Below, one piece after another: positions 43,284 to 43,371 of a DNA stretch of 43,371 bases. Below the pieces are notes generated by a model that was given only the letters and a program-made list of their open reading frames with translations, searched no databases and had not been told where the DNA came from. Source of the stretch: Candidatus Woesearchaeota archaeon (GTDB taxonomy: Archaea; Nanobdellota; Nanobdellia; Woesearchaeales; J072). The stretch lies in assembly GCA_003695265.1 (NCBI GenBank), contig RFII01000047.1, positions 1-43,371 on the forward strand, in the 5' to 3' direction. The position numbers and the translations under genes were made by a program. The stretch's first letter is position 1. The number at the start of each line of letters is the position of its first letter.

Positions 43284-43371
43284 AATTTGGGTGCCTGGTG
43301 GTGAATAAATAATATTATTAATTTTCTTTTTTCTTCTTACAATACATTAAGAAAGATATTTATATTAGTAA

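Overview
AT-rich, densely coding chromosomal segment. It is archaeal by its information-processing genes: the Pop5 - proteasome alpha - SBDS - Rrp4 - Rrp41 - Rrp42 - RpoK exosome superoperon, S17e, Alba, archaeal-type ProRS, ZPR1, and FtsZ plus SepF. It also carries several bacterial-type modules: MetK, tgt-queA-queH, grpE-dnaK-dnaJ and DUF1385. I infer a small-genome DPANN-like archaeon, but this is not proven from the window. No CRISPR array, rRNA, transposase or integrase is visible.

The most unusual content is an arginine-centred stretch at about 16.2-30.4 kb. It holds two full-length, divergent arginyl-tRNA synthetase genes, each next to a guanidino-group hydrolase. argS-1 is followed by an arginase/agmatinase-family gene. 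argS-2 sits in a tight three-gene operon (1-nt spacers) of arginine-deiminase-like gene, argS-2 and a Methyltransf_32-like SAM methyltransferase. That operon abuts a convergent argG-argH pair, and a tRNA-Arg(UCG) lies in the same stretch.

Other points worth a second look:
- A complete late queuosine module (bacterial-type Tgt, QueA, QueH) in an archaeal context.
- Both tRNA genes carry extra sequence in the D-arm region rather than a canonical 37/38 intron.
- A tandemly duplicated small basic protein with a 42-nt perfect DNA repeat.
- A large coiled-coil protein upstream of ftsZ.
- Perfect palindromes in the divergent promoter between a winged-helix regulator and grpE.
- Several unlisted small ORFs, each supported by a recurrent TTTAAATA-like box about 27 nt upstream of the ATG (leaderless architecture).

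All functional calls come from by-eye motif recognition. No database search was possible.
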